Part shown: in pieces, positions 45,273-55,941 of the stretch
How positions within the stretch are numbered: position 1 is the first letter of the stretch
How the letters are laid out: each line of letters opens with the position of its first letter
DNA from: Dehalococcoidales bacterium
GTDB lineage: Bacteria > Chloroflexota > Dehalococcoidia > Dehalococcoidales > CSSed11-197
Assembly: GCA_028717385.1 (NCBI GenBank)
Contig: JAQUNW010000005.1
Location: forward strand, 1 to 57,092
Direction of reading: 5' to 3'
DNA: 57,092 nucleotides
Made by a program: the position numbers and the translations under genes
Notes under the pieces: model-generated
Told to the model about the DNA's origin: nothing
Databases searched by the model: none
What the model saw: only the letters and a program-made list of their open reading frames with translations

Positions 45273-46412
45273 ATGTCCAAACCTTTGAAATGGCTCGTTG
45301 GCATCAGCGCAGGACTGGTTGTATCCGTGTTAATTTTTACTGGGGGAGTGATGCTGGGCAGCCATTCGTCGGAAACAGAAGATGATAATTTTGCTGCTAT
45401 AGAAGATGCCTGGCGCATAATAACCGAAGAATACGTAGAAAAAGATAACATTGATACCGCTGCTCTAAGTCAGGCGGCTATCGAAGCTATGATGGATTTT
45501 ATTGATGATCCCTATTCTACTTATCTCAATCGTGAATCATATCTCGAAACCATGAACCAGCTGGAAGGAAAGTATGAGGGCATTGGTACAGAAGTATCGA
45601 TTGCTGATAAAGGGGTGGTAGTAATTGGTGTATATACCGACTCACCGGCTGAGAAGGCTGGGATAAAGCCTGGAAATATTATCACCGCCGTGAATGGGGA
45701 AGATATTGCGGGGATGGGTTTGATGGATATCGTGCTAAAGGTCAGGGGCCCAAAAGGCACTTCGATAACCTTAACTGTTCTTGACTACGAGGCAGGTACC
45801 CATCGTGATGTAGCCATAATACGAGATGAAGTTCATGAGAAAAGTGTACATTTCGACATGGTGGGAGAATATGCGCATGTTGTTATCAGCCAATTCGGTG
45901 AAAAAACCGATGATGAGCTCGGTAAAGCTTTAAAAGACCTGGAGGCTCTTGGTGCCCGAGGGATTGTATTGGATCTTCGCTATAATCCGGGAGGTTTGCT
46001 GGATTCCGTGGTGGATTCAGCCAGCCGTTTTCTGAGAGAAGGGGTAGTATTTACCGTAAAATATAGTGATGGCAGGGAAGAAGTCTATGAGGTTCGGAAA
46101 AAAGACGTAGTGACTGACTTGCCAATGGTAGTACTGGTTAATCAATTTAGTGCTTCCGGTTCAGAGGTTGTAGCTGGCGCACTCCAGGATCATAACCGCG
46201 CTTTGATAGCAGGCACAACAACTTTTGGCAAGGGCAGTGTCAATGTCCTGACCCCTATAGGAGCTGATCAGGGTATGTATATTACCATTGCCCGATGGCT
46301 GACACCTGACGGTCATATGATTGAAGGGAATGGAATTGAGCCTGATGAGCAACTTACTCTCTATGGGGAAGATATGCTCAACTGGGCGGTTGAGTATCTG
46401 CGAAATAGGTAG
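45273..46412 (+). CDS. S41 family C-terminal processing peptidase with a PDZ domain
   Basis: AAGGAG RBS and signal anchor. PDZ region GIKPGNIITAVNG, and catalytic regions LDLRYNPGG and SASGSEVVAGALQD. Confidence 0.9.
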   Translation: MSKPLKWLVGISAGLVVSVLIFTGGVMLGSHSSETEDDNFAAIEDAWRIITEEYVEKDNIDTAALSQAAIEAMMDFIDDPYSTYLNRESYLETMNQLEGKYEGIGTEVSIADKGVVVIGVYTDSPAEKAGIKPGNIITAVNGEDIAGMGLMDIVLKVRGPKGTSITLTVLDYEAGTHRDVAIIRDEVHEKSVHFDMVGEYAHVVISQFGEKTDDELGKALKDLEALGARGIVLDLRYNPGGLLDSVVDSASRFLREGVVFTVKYSDGREEVYEVRKKDVVTDLPMVVLVNQFSASGSEVVAGALQDHNRALIAGTTTFGKGSVNVLTPIGADQGMYITIARWLTPDGHMIEGNGIEPDEQLTLYGEDMLNWAVEYLRNR

Positions 46413-46425
46413 ACTATCGCAGAAG

Positions 46426-46455
46426 TTGACCGCCAAAAGGGTGGTAGCCTATAAT
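46426..46455 (+). promoter_or_regulatory. sigma70-type promoter upstream of pheST
   Basis: TTGACC, an 18-nt spacer, then TATAAT. Confidence 0.5.
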
Positions 46456-46492
46456 CCATAATTATCCTTAATGGCTTTTTGGGTTTTTTAAC

Positions 46493-47533
46493 TTGAATCA
46501 ACAATTAGATCCATTAAAATCAGAAGCTCGTACCGCTATGGATGCAGTCACCAATTGTGAACAGCTGGATGCATGGCGGATAAAATATCTCGGTAAGAAG
46601 AGCGCGATACTAGCCATATTAAAGAGCCTTGGCGCATTACCGGTAGAAGAGCGTAAAGTTGCCGGCTCAGAAGCCAACAAGCTTAAAAACGAACTCGAGG
46701 CACTGCTGAAAGAAAAAGAGGCAAGCTTTGCTGGTGGTTCTGCAAGACAGGAAAGAGACCCGGGTGAAGTTGACATTACTCTACCGGGAAAACCGGTTAA
46801 TCTGGGTACAATTCATCCCATTACCCGCGTTCTTTATGAACTGGGCGAGATATTTTCGTCAATGGGTTTTGAAATCGTTGAAGGTCCGGAAGTTGAATGG
46901 GATTATTATAATTTCGAAGCCTTAAACATTCCGAAAGAACATCCCGCGCGGGACTCCATGCAGACTTTCTGGGTAGATTCTCCTCCTTCACAAGATGGCC
47001 GGGAAATGCTGTTGAGGACGCATACTTCTCCTATGCAGATCAGAGTAATGGAGAAACAGAAACCTCCACTTCGTATTGTGGTGCCAGGAAGAGTGTTCCG
47101 CTATGAAGCTACCGACGCTACTCATCTGCACATGTTTCATCAGATAGAAGGGCTTGCCATTGATAAGGGCATTACCATGGCAGACCTTAAAGGTTCTTTG
47201 TATGAGTTTTCCAGACGCTTCTTTGGGCCTGAGCGTAGGGTTCGGTTCCGTTGCGACTTTTTCCCATTTGTAGAACCTGGAGTGGAGATGGCGGTAGAGT
47301 GTGCGGTATGCCACGGTTCTGGTTGCCGTCTTTGCTCTCAGAGCGGCTGGATAGAGATTCTGGGCGCTGGTATGGTTCACCCCAGGGTGCTTGAAGCAGG
47401 TGGCATAGACCCTGATGAATATTCGGGATTTGCCTTTGGAATGGGTATCGAGAGAATACCTCTGCTCAGGTACGGTATCGATGACATTCGATTGTTTTAT
47501 TCAAACGATTTACGCTTTTTAAGGCAGTTTTAG
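46493..47533 (+). CDS. pheS: phenylalanine--tRNA ligase alpha subunit
   Basis: TTG start. Contains [22 protein letters not shown] and FGMGIERI. Confidence 0.95.
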   Translation: MNQQLDPLKSEARTAMDAVTNCEQLDAWRIKYLGKKSAILAILKSLGALPVEERKVAGSEANKLKNELEALLKEKEASFAGGSARQERDPGEVDITLPGKPVNLGTIHPITRVLYELGEIFSSMGFEIVEGPEVEWDYYNFEALNIPKEHPARDSMQTFWVDSPPSQDGREMLLRTHTSPMQIRVMEKQKPPLRIVVPGRVFRYEATDATHLHMFHQIEGLAIDKGITMADLKGSLYEFSRRFFGPERRVRFRCDFFPFVEPGVEMAVECAVCHGSGCRLCSQSGWIEILGAGMVHPRVLEAGGIDPDEYSGFAFGMGIERIPLLRYGIDDIRLFYSNDLRFLRQF

Positions 47534-47535
47534 AT

Positions 47536-49938
47536 ATGAAAGTTCCGGTTAGCTGGCTAAGAGATTATATTAGAGAACCATTCGATGCTGATGATATCGC
47601 TCATCGGCTTACCATGGCAGGTACTGAAGTTGCGGGGATCGAGCGAATTGGCTCATCTTGGGAAGGTGTAAATGTTGGCTTGGTTATTGACGTACGCCCT
47701 CACCCTAATGCTGACCGTTTGCGGCTAGTTACTGTTGATACTGGCAGCGGTCGTAATGAAGTAGTCTGCGGAGCCCCCAATGTGAGTACTGGCCAAAAAA
47801 TCGCTTATGCCAGAATAGGCGCCTGTTTGGTAGACGGGCATACCGGTCAGCCGGCGACGCTTAAACCGGCAAAGATCAGGGGAGTAGTTTCCGAAGGGAT
47901 GGTATGCTCAGAAAAAGAGTTGGGTTTATCAGATGATCATGAAGGTATTATCGTTCTGCCCGATGACGCACCTCTGGGCGTGCCGCTTTCAGAATACATG
48001 GGAGAAACAATTCTTGATCTTGAGGTGACACCCAATCGCCCTGATATGCTTTCTGTTATCGGAGTCGCTTGCGAAACTGCTGCACTTTTGGGAGTGTCTC
48101 CGGTTATCCCTGAACCTGAATTTCACGGCGAGGGGGAATCTATCGACCATCTCGTCGATGTTTTGGTTGAAGCACCTGATCTATGTTTAAGGTATGCTGC
48201 CAGTCTTATTAGGGGTATAACCATTAAGGAAAGCCCCGATTGGCTTAAAACCAGGCTGATTAATGCAGGTATGCGCCCGATAAACAACGTTGTTGATGCC
48301 ACTAATTACGTTATGCTTGAGTATGGCCAACCACTTCATGCTTTTGATTTTAATAATGTAGCCGGACATCGGATAGTAGTTCGTCGGGCTAATGAAGGTG
48401 CTTTATTTACTACTCTCGATGGGATTGAGCGAAAACTTTCCTCAGATATGTTGATGATTTGCGATGGCAAAGGGCCAGTAGCTATTGCCGGTGTTATGGG
48501 TGGATCAAACAGTGAAGTTACCCCGGATACCGCCGAAGTTTTACTTGAGTCGGCCAGTTTCCTGCCAGCCTCTGTTCACTTCACCAGCAGCAGACTTGGT
48601 TTGACAAGTGCTGCCAGCCAGCGTTTTGAACGTGGCCTCAGCCCGCACCTTGCCCTAAAGGCTCTTAAACGTGCGACATCGCTGATAGCTGAGCTTGCCG
48701 GCGGTGTTCCAGTTCAGGGAGTAATCGATAAAACACCCGGATTAAAAGCAGCTACTTTGATACCTGTGAAGCTTTCGAGGATTAATGGATTATTAGGCGC
48801 AGATTATTCACGGGAAGAAATTATCGATACGCTGAAATTGCTTGGATGCGAGGTGTCCACTGGCTCAAGCCAGAATGACATAAATGTCAAGCCGCCTTAC
48901 TGGCGCAGTGATATAAACATCGAACCGGATGTTGTAGAAGAAGTAGCCCGTATAAGAGGGTACGATACTATCCCGTTAAACATGCTAGATAAAGCAATTC
49001 CTAACCAAACGCCGAATCCGATATTGGGTCTGAAGCGCCATTTGCGCCATACGCTGACAGGGCTGGGATTTAACGAGATACAGAGCTGGGCAATGACCAG
49101 CACTGTAATGTTAAAAAAAGTACTCAACCAGGCTGAGCTAAAGACGTGGCCGCTGCATCTCAAAAAACCAATGACAGTTGAACAGGAATGTCTGCGTACA
49201 AGCTTAAGGCCGTATCTGGTAGCATCTCTGGCCTCAAACCGGCGGTTTGATGATGGGGCAATACGTCTATTTGAACTGGGGGCAGTGTATCTACCTAGAC
49301 AAAACGATCTTCCTGAAGAACCTCAGATGCTTGCTGGAATTATTGCTTCACCCTGGATTAAAGAACACTGGGGGATTAAGCCGGAAAAACCTGATTTTTT
49401 CACACTAAAGGGAATTGTTGAAGGTCTGCTCGCAAGCGTAGGTGTAGAAGCAGAATATTTACCCTCGGCTGATAGCGGATTTAAACCTGGTGTTCAAGCT
49501 GCGATTATGATGGGTGGTGTTCAGCTGGGTGTGCTTGGCGAGCTCCACCCCCAAGTGTGCAGGGAAATGGATATTAATGAAAGTGCATTTCTGTTTGAAT
49601 TAGATATCAACCGGCTTTTACCATACACTCTGGTTGAAAGGAGCTATTGTCCAGTACCACGCTACCCGGCGGTGCTACGAGATATTGCCCTGGTGGTGGA
49701 AGATAGCGTTACTCATTCAATGGTTATGGAAATACTCGGGAGCTATCCGCTGATAGCAGATGTTGTACTGTTTGATATCTATACCGGAAAGCCTGTCCCG
49801 GAGGGGTCAAAGTCCATGGCTTATCGACTCACCTTCCTCAGCGATAAGAAGACCTTGACCGATCAAGCGGTGGATAAGGTACTTGAACAGGTTCTTTCAC
49901 GCCTGGAGAAGCAGTTAGGCGCTACACTTCGCCGATAA
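47536..49938 (+). CDS. pheT: phenylalanine--tRNA ligase beta subunit
   Basis: 800 aa starting MKVPVSWLRDY, with tRNA-binding, B3/4, B5 and FDX-ACB domains in order. Confidence 0.95.
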   Translation: MKVPVSWLRDYIREPFDADDIAHRLTMAGTEVAGIERIGSSWEGVNVGLVIDVRPHPNADRLRLVTVDTGSGRNEVVCGAPNVSTGQKIAYARIGACLVDGHTGQPATLKPAKIRGVVSEGMVCSEKELGLSDDHEGIIVLPDDAPLGVPLSEYMGETILDLEVTPNRPDMLSVIGVACETAALLGVSPVIPEPEFHGEGESIDHLVDVLVEAPDLCLRYAASLIRGITIKESPDWLKTRLINAGMRPINNVVDATNYVMLEYGQPLHAFDFNNVAGHRIVVRRANEGALFTTLDGIERKLSSDMLMICDGKGPVAIAGVMGGSNSEVTPDTAEVLLESASFLPASVHFTSSRLGLTSAASQRFERGLSPHLALKALKRATSLIAELAGGVPVQGVIDKTPGLKAATLIPVKLSRINGLLGADYSREEIIDTLKLLGCEVSTGSSQNDINVKPPYWRSDINIEPDVVEEVARIRGYDTIPLNMLDKAIPNQTPNPILGLKRHLRHTLTGLGFNEIQSWAMTSTVMLKKVLNQAELKTWPLHLKKPMTVEQECLRTSLRPYLVASLASNRRFDDGAIRLFELGAVYLPRQNDLPEEPQMLAGIIASPWIKEHWGIKPEKPDFFTLKGIVEGLLASVGVEAEYLPSADSGFKPGVQAAIMMGGVQLGVLGELHPQVCREMDINESAFLFELDINRLLPYTLVERSYCPVPRYPAVLRDIALVVEDSVTHSMVMEILGSYPLIADVVLFDIYTGKPVPEGSKSMAYRLTFLSDKKTLTDQAVDKVLEQVLSRLEKQLGATLRR

Positions 49939-49964
49939 CCTGGCTGTTCGAGCTACCCTTATTT

Positions 49965-50062
49965 CAGTGTCATTTCCGTCTACCGCGTCGTCCTTGAGTC
50001 GGGTGGTAGCCCGACGAAGGATCTTCCCCGGATAGTACTCTTGGTGACATAAAGCGTTGTCA
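49965..50062 (+). repeat. dispersed intergenic repeat, copy C (unit-2 type)
   Basis: CAGTGTC...TCCTTGA-[GTCGGG-TGGTAG-CCCGAC]-GAAGGATCTTCCCCGGATAGTACTCTTGGTGACATAAAGCGTTGTC. Confidence 0.8.
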
Positions 50063-50097
50063 GGGTGATACTTGTCAGTATTTATTTCAAGAAGCAG

Positions 50098-51810
50098 CTA
50101 GGCGCTGTACTTTGCCGGAATAACAATCTTCTTAACCCTATCAACAATATCAGCAAGTCCAACCAGGTCTGCCTTTTTCTCCGAGCGCCATTTCAGTTCA
50201 ACGCTTTCCTTTTCCAGTGTCCTGGGGCTTATGGTAATACGAAGTGGAATCCCTAAAAGATCTGCATCGTTAAATTTAACCCCCGGAGATTCCATTCTGT
50301 CGTCATAAAGAACTTCGATACCGCAATTAATCAGCTCCTGATATAATTGGACAGCTGTTTGCGACACCTTTTCATCTTCCAGAAAAAGCGGGCAAAGGTA
50401 TACTTCATACGGTGCGATTGAAAGCGGCCAAATAATACCTTTTTCATCGTGGCTGGCTTCAATTACACTGGCAAGAAGTCGGCCGACTCCAATACCGTAA
50501 CTTCCCATAACGATGGGCTTGGAGTTGCCCTCCGCATCGGTATAAAAAGCACCCATTTTCTCAGCCAGGAAAGTACCCAGCTTAAAGATATGCCCGACTT
50601 CTATGCCTCTGGTGGTTTTTAATGGTGCACCGCATTTAATGCAGCAATCACCAGCCGATGCCAGTGAAATGTCTGCAATGATATCAGCAGAGAAATCGCG
50701 AGGGAAGTTCACATTTTTAATGTGATAGTCTGGTTTGTTGGCACCGGCAACAAAATTGGTACCATTATTTAAAGACTCATCGGCTATGATCTTGATACCT
50801 GCCAGACCAACGGGAGATGCCGACCCGGCAACAAGATGGGCTTTTCCCACCTCTTCCGGGAGAGCCAGGCGTAACTCGTTTACCTTGAGAATGTTGTTTA
50901 ACTTGATTTCGTTCACTTCAATATCACCACGGAGAGCAACAAACACAATCTCTCCATCAGCATAATAAAAGACAGCTTTAATTGTCTGCGTACGATCAAC
51001 ATCCAGGAACCTGGCTACGTCTTCGATGGTTTTCTGGCCAGGTGTATAGACTTCTTCTATGGATCTGGGTTCTGATGAAGAACCTGGCTTTTTGATGCTT
51101 TTAGCTTTTTCAACGTTAGCTGCATAACCGCACTTTTCGCAGTAGATGATTACGTCTTCCCCGCAATCGGTTACTGCCATAAACTCACTCGAGTCCTTGC
51201 CTCCTATAGCGCCGCTGTCCGCCTCAATCATGATTACCGGTAGTCCGGTTCTTCGGTAAATATTCTGATAACTTTTACGCATTTTTTGATAGCTTTCATT
51301 CAAGCCTGTTTCATCAAGATCAAAGCTGTAGAGGTCTTTCATAGTGAATTCTCTCACTCGTATCAAGCCGCCTCGAGGTCTTGGTTCATCCCGGAATTTG
51401 GTTTGTATTTGGTAGAGCATTACCGGAAGATCGCGGTAGCTTTTAATAAAAAAACTTACTAGATCAGTGACAACCTCTTCATGGGTAGGACCTAGAACGA
51501 GCTCTCGATCCTTGCGGTCATTGACCGGAAATATAATCTTACCAAATGCCTGGCCGCGCCCGCTTTTTTCCCAAAGTTCCCTGGGCTGGATTACTGGCAT
51601 CGTGATCTCCTGACCACCGGCTTTGTCCATCTCATCGCGAATGATATTTTCTATTTTTTTTAGTGCGCGATGTGCCAGGGGCAGGTATGAATAAACGCCG
51701 GCTGAAAGCTGGCGAATCATACCTGCTCTCAACATAAGCTGATGACTTATGGTATCTGCATCGGCGGGTATTTCTTTTTGAGTTTTACTGATAAGTTTGG
51801 AAAAGCGCAC
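50098..51810 (-). CDS. proS: proline--tRNA ligase (bacterial type with an INS editing domain)
   Basis: GTG start. 570 aa containing FRDEPRPRGGLIRVREF, GSYGIGVGR, and a central editing insertion. Confidence 0.95.
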   Translation of the reverse strand: MRFSKLISKTQKEIPADADTISHQLMLRAGMIRQLSAGVYSYLPLAHRALKKIENIIRDEMDKAGGQEITMPVIQPRELWEKSGRGQAFGKIIFPVNDRKDRELVLGPTHEEVVTDLVSFFIKSYRDLPVMLYQIQTKFRDEPRPRGGLIRVREFTMKDLYSFDLDETGLNESYQKMRKSYQNIYRRTGLPVIMIEADSGAIGGKDSSEFMAVTDCGEDVIIYCEKCGYAANVEKAKSIKKPGSSSEPRSIEEVYTPGQKTIEDVARFLDVDRTQTIKAVFYYADGEIVFVALRGDIEVNEIKLNNILKVNELRLALPEEVGKAHLVAGSASPVGLAGIKIIADESLNNGTNFVAGANKPDYHIKNVNFPRDFSADIIADISLASAGDCCIKCGAPLKTTRGIEVGHIFKLGTFLAEKMGAFYTDAEGNSKPIVMGSYGIGVGRLLASVIEASHDEKGIIWPLSIAPYEVYLCPLFLEDEKVSQTAVQLYQELINCGIEVLYDDRMESPGVKFNDADLLGIPLRITISPRTLEKESVELKWRSEKKADLVGLADIVDRVKKIVIPAKYSA

Positions 51811-51909
51811 TCTTTGTGATCTCCTCGTTAGTATTAAGTTAATTAATGTTAAAAAGTATAACAGTTTTAATTGTTTATAGCATGATTTAGTAACTCGAGA
51901 GATGCAGGT

Positions 51910-52965
51910 TTATTCACGGCTCAGATACTCAATCTCTTTTATTAGCTCTGGGATGATGCTGTCTTCGCTAATCGAGCGTATTTTTTGGCCATGCTTAAAG
52001 AGCAAGGCTTTGCCTTTACCGCCGGCTATACCGATATCAGCATCTCTGGCTTCTCCAGGACCGTTTACAGCGCAGCCCATTACCGCTACTTTAATATCCT
52101 TCTGATACGAAGATAGTCGTTTATTAACTTCTTCTGTGATTCTTACTACGTCTATTTCAGTACGTCCGCAGGTTGGGCAGCTGATAAGAACCGGACCACG
52201 GCTCCGTAGATTGAGGGATTTTAATATTTCGTAAGCAGCTTTGACTTCTTCCACGGGAGATCCGGTTAGTGAAACCCGGATGGTGTCCCCAATGCCCTGA
52301 TAAAGCAATGGTGCAATTCCAGCGGTGCTGCGAATAAGGCCAGCTGGCGGTACTCCAGCTTCGGTAATTCCTACATGAAGAGGGTAGGGTACCATAGTAG
52401 CGATTCTCTGATAGCTTTCAATAGTTGTGGGAACATCAAAAGCTTTAAGACTTATTTTAATGAGATCAAAATCAAGCTCCTGGAGGAGATTGATTTCACG
52501 CAGGGCTGCAGATACCATTCTTTCTGCTACCGGGAGATCCGGGTCGATATCACTGGGGAGAGAGCCTGCATTGACGCCAATACGTATGGGTATTTGTTTG
52601 GCTTTGGCAGCCTTTACAACAGTAGTGATCTTTTCAGGATCACCGATATTGCCTGGATTTATACGCAAACCGTCAACCCCACTATCAATAGCATCCAGTG
52701 CAAGCCGATAGTCAAAATGGATATCAGCAATTAATGGGATTGATATATCATTCCTGATGCAGCGAATTGCTGCGGCTGCTTGTTTATCGGGCACAGCTAC
52801 TCGTACCAATTCACACCCGGCTTCTTCAAGCTCTTTTATTTGGAGTATTGTAGCTTTCGTGTTGCGCGTGTCAGTTTTAGTCATAGATTGCACCACAATA
52901 GGCGCATTCCCGCCAATCGCTACACCCCCAATTTGAATAATTTTACTGTTTCGCCGGGTTATCAA
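51910..52965 (-). CDS. ispG: 4-hydroxy-3-methylbut-2-en-1-yl diphosphate synthase (flavodoxin)
   Basis: Contains VQSMTKTDT, RINPGNIG, and CPTCGRT...GCAVNGPGE. Confidence 0.95.
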   Translation of the reverse strand: MITRRNSKIIQIGGVAIGGNAPIVVQSMTKTDTRNTKATILQIKELEEAGCELVRVAVPDKQAAAAIRCIRNDISIPLIADIHFDYRLALDAIDSGVDGLRINPGNIGDPEKITTVVKAAKAKQIPIRIGVNAGSLPSDIDPDLPVAERMVSAALREINLLQELDFDLIKISLKAFDVPTTIESYQRIATMVPYPLHVGITEAGVPPAGLIRSTAGIAPLLYQGIGDTIRVSLTGSPVEEVKAAYEILKSLNLRSRGPVLISCPTCGRTEIDVVRITEEVNKRLSSYQKDIKVAVMGCAVNGPGEARDADIGIAGGKGKALLFKHGQKIRSISEDSIIPELIKEIEYLSRE

Positions 52966-54041
52966 GGTATGACGCTTCCTCCATCGATAATACGGATGAT
53001 ATCCTGGAAAGTTACCAGGATCATTAATCCCATTAATAAGGCGAAGCCTATCATGTGCACCATGCCCTCTTTTTGAGGAGAGATTTTTTTACCGCCCCTG
53101 ATCCACTCCAAAAGTACGAAAACAATCCTCCCGCCGTCTAATGCTGGTAATGGAAGCAGGTTTATAATTCCGAGGTTGATGGATAAAAACGCGGCGAATT
53201 CCAGCAAAGGGCTTATGCCGGCACGGGCAACTTCACCAGTAAGTTGAGCGATGCCCAGAGGGCCGGTTACACCCCCTGCTGGTGCAGCGCCGGTCACCAG
53301 GGCAAGCAGTGAGTTTTTAAAGAGTACCAGGGTTTCAAACGTTTCGGTTATCCCCTGCGGAATGGCTTTCCAAAAAGGAAGATTTTCTTTAACTACCTCA
53401 TAATTCTCTGCTTTAAGGAGGAAACCCACTGCCCCTTGATCCTGTGGGGGTTTCCAACGGGGAACCAGGCTAGTTTCGTATTCTGAGCTGCCTCGTTGGT
53501 ATACAAAGGTTATCTTCTTACCCAGATTAAGCTGTATATAACGGTTAACATCGATGATGCTTTTTACCTGGTGGCCATTTACTTCTGTAATCATATCACC
53601 TGGTTGAAAACCGGCCATCTCCGCTGGGGACCCAGGGGCAATTTCAACAACTCCCACATCGCTATATGCTGTGTTATGCGGAACCATTAGAGCAATAGAT
53701 ATCAGAAATAAGGGAAGTACAAAGTTCATTAAGGATCCGGCGGAAAGCACCAATAGGCGTTTCCATGGTTTCTGACTAGCCAGGCTTCGTTCAATACTAG
53801 GATCTTCTTCTCCTGCCATTTTGGTAAAACCGCCCAAAGGTATTGCATTAAGAGAATAGACAGTTTCTCCATGTTTTTTCGAAAACAGGCGTGGAGGGAA
53901 ACCAATGCCAAATTCATCGACTTTAATCCCAAAAGCTTTAGCGCTTCCGAAATGCCCCAGTTCATGGGCGATTATTACCAGCGCCAGTACAAAAAGAAAA
54001 GCTATGATTGTAATAATAATATCCATATCATTCCATGCCAA
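52962..54041 (-). CDS. rseP: RIP metalloprotease RseP (M50 site-2 protease) with a PDZ domain
   Basis: Contains the HELGHF zinc motif, NLLPLPALDGG, and an internal PDZ domain. Confidence 0.9.
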   Translation of the reverse strand: MAWNDMDIIITIIAFLFVLALVIIAHELGHFGSAKAFGIKVDEFGIGFPPRLFSKKHGETVYSLNAIPLGGFTKMAGEEDPSIERSLASQKPWKRLLVLSAGSLMNFVLPLFLISIALMVPHNTAYSDVGVVEIAPGSPAEMAGFQPGDMITEVNGHQVKSIIDVNRYIQLNLGKKITFVYQRGSSEYETSLVPRWKPPQDQGAVGFLLKAENYEVVKENLPFWKAIPQGITETFETLVLFKNSLLALVTGAAPAGGVTGPLGIAQLTGEVARAGISPLLEFAAFLSINLGIINLLPLPALDGGRIVFVLLEWIRGGKKISPQKEGMVHMIGFALLMGLMILVTFQDIIRIIDGGSVIP

Positions 54042-55152
54042 TTACGTTTGCCCTTTTATAGGCACGATCAGCTTCTTCCTCTATAGTATTGATATCCGGG
54101 TTATATATTGGACGATGTTCATTAAGTACTTGTTCGATAATAGATGCAATACGCAAGAAGGGGATTGACTTGCTTAAAAACATTGCAACAGCAGCTTCCC
54201 CGGCGCCGCACAGGACGGCTGGGTAGGTTCCGCCATGTACCCCGGCACTCCTTGCCAGTTCAAGACAAGGGAAAAGATCGGTGTTCGGTTTTGTGAACGG
54301 GAGGGATTCAATAGATTTCCAATCAAGGCGAGGCAGTTTCGGATTAGTCCACCGTTCGGGATAGGTTAATGCATACTGGATCGGGAAACGCATATCGGGA
54401 TAGCTCAATTGGGCCTTGATGGAACCATCCTTGAATTCGACCATAGAATGTACCACGCTGGGCGGGTGGACGAGTACCTTGATTTTATTATAACTAACAC
54501 CAAAAAGGTGATGAGCTTCTATAATCTCAAGCCCTTTGTTTAATAAGGTAGCTGAATCGATTGTGACTTTTGGGCCCATCAGCCAAGAAGGGTGCCTGAG
54601 AGCCTGTTCAGGCGTAACTCTTGCCAATTGTTCCTTTGTGTATTTGGCAAATGGTCCTCCTGAAGCAGTGAGTATTAACCTGGCTATCGCTTTTCTTTCC
54701 CCCTTCAGGCATTGCCAGATAGCGCTGTGCTCGCTATCCACTGGCAAGATTCTCCCCTTGCTTTTACGGATTGCAGAAGTAATTATATCCCCTGCCATTA
54801 CCAAAGATTCTTTGTTGGCAAGTGCTATCTTTTTTCCTGCTTTAGCAGCCCAGAGGGTTGGCTTGAGGCCGGTGATTCCAGCAGGTGCCATCAGTACCGT
54901 ATCAATCTCCGGTAGAGTTAACATCTCTTCCAGAGATAGGTAGTTTGAGCCATTTATATCATGCTTGTGCCCCTGGAAGTAGACATACTTTGGGTGAAAT
55001 TCACGCACTTGCTCTTCTAGCAGTACAGTGTTTTTCCCGGCAGCCAGTGCTATTATGCGGAAACGCTCCGGAAAGGAACGAACAATTTCCAGAGTCTGCC
55101 TGCCGATAGAACCGGTTGAACCGATTAAGGCAATTTGTTTTATACTAGCCAT
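54028..55152 (-). CDS. dxr: 1-deoxy-D-xylulose 5-phosphate reductoisomerase
   Basis: Contains LIGSTGSIGRQTL, LANKESLV and PVDSEHSAI. Confidence 0.95.
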   Translation of the reverse strand: MASIKQIALIGSTGSIGRQTLEIVRSFPERFRIIALAAGKNTVLLEEQVREFHPKYVYFQGHKHDINGSNYLSLEEMLTLPEIDTVLMAPAGITGLKPTLWAAKAGKKIALANKESLVMAGDIITSAIRKSKGRILPVDSEHSAIWQCLKGERKAIARLILTASGGPFAKYTKEQLARVTPEQALRHPSWLMGPKVTIDSATLLNKGLEIIEAHHLFGVSYNKIKVLVHPPSVVHSMVEFKDGSIKAQLSYPDMRFPIQYALTYPERWTNPKLPRLDWKSIESLPFTKPNTDLFPCLELARSAGVHGGTYPAVLCGAGEAAVAMFLSKSIPFLRIASIIEQVLNEHRPIYNPDINTIEEEADRAYKRANVIGME

Positions 55153-55940
55153 ATTACGTAATAGTATACCATGACAACCGCAAAAACCACGCTGTCCATG
55201 CGGTCAAGACAACCGCCGTGGCCTGGAACAGTTTTTCCGGAGTCCTTGGCACTCATATTACGTTTGAAGATAGACTCAATCAGGTCTCCACACTGCCCAA
55301 AAATGCTAATTAAGGCTCCCATTAATATAGCCTCCAGCCAGCTGACGGGGAGGTTAAATAGAAAGACCACTAGTGGGCTGATTGCCATACTGCCTGCCAA
55401 CCCGCCAATCGCTCCCTCCCATGTTTTGGAGGGGCTTATTGAAGGTGCGAGGCGTTTTTTACCAATCAGGCTTCCGACAAAAAATGCAGAAGTATCCGAG
55501 GCAAAGGTCGCAAACAGAGCCAGAAAGACCCAACCGGCTCCGTCTGGGAGTAATCTTAATGCTATCAAGTAGCTGAGAAGCAAGCCTGTGTATATTACTC
55601 CGGCGACGGTCCACGCCCAACTTAAAAAAGCCGATTCTTTTTGCGTTCTAAACAATAGCCATATCAGGCTTATGATAACACCAACAGTAAATATTGTGGA
55701 TTGAGTAATATGACCGGAAAAATGAGGCCCGGCTATCAGAGCCGGGACCCAGACGAAACCGGCAGCCGTTAAGGGTTTTACCTTTTGATCGTGATTTTTT
55801 ACCAGGTTAAAAAACTCAGAGAGGGCAAAGACCCCCCAAATTGCACAGCCTATTGTAAGCCATGGAATTGGGTGGTTAAACCATGTTGCGGTAATCACAA
55901 CTGGAATTAGCAGGAAAGCAGTAATAAGCCTTTGTTGCAA
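55140..55940 (-). CDS. cdsA: phosphatidate cytidylyltransferase
   Basis: Contains SPSKTWEGAIGG and GHGGCLDRMDS. I propose the TTG at 55940, 1 nt after the uppS stop. The ORF track ATG at 56057 would overlap uppS by 116 nt. Confidence 0.85.
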   Translation of the reverse strand: MQQRLITAFLLIPVVITATWFNHPIPWLTIGCAIWGVFALSEFFNLVKNHDQKVKPLTAAGFVWVPALIAGPHFSGHITQSTIFTVGVIISLIWLLFRTQKESAFLSWAWTVAGVIYTGLLLSYLIALRLLPDGAGWVFLALFATFASDTSAFFVGSLIGKKRLAPSISPSKTWEGAIGGLAGSMAISPLVVFLFNLPVSWLEAILMGALISIFGQCGDLIESIFKRNMSAKDSGKTVPGHGGCLDRMDSVVFAVVMVYYYVIWLV

Positions 55941-55941
55941 G

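Noticed and set aside
46431-46449. AAAGGGTGGTAGCC upstream of pheS, resembling the T-box sequence
   Set aside because: Only about 80 nt separate the upstream gene from pheS. There is no Stem I, specifier loop or terminator. The segment is better explained as the spacer of a TTGACC-18nt-TATAAT promoter.
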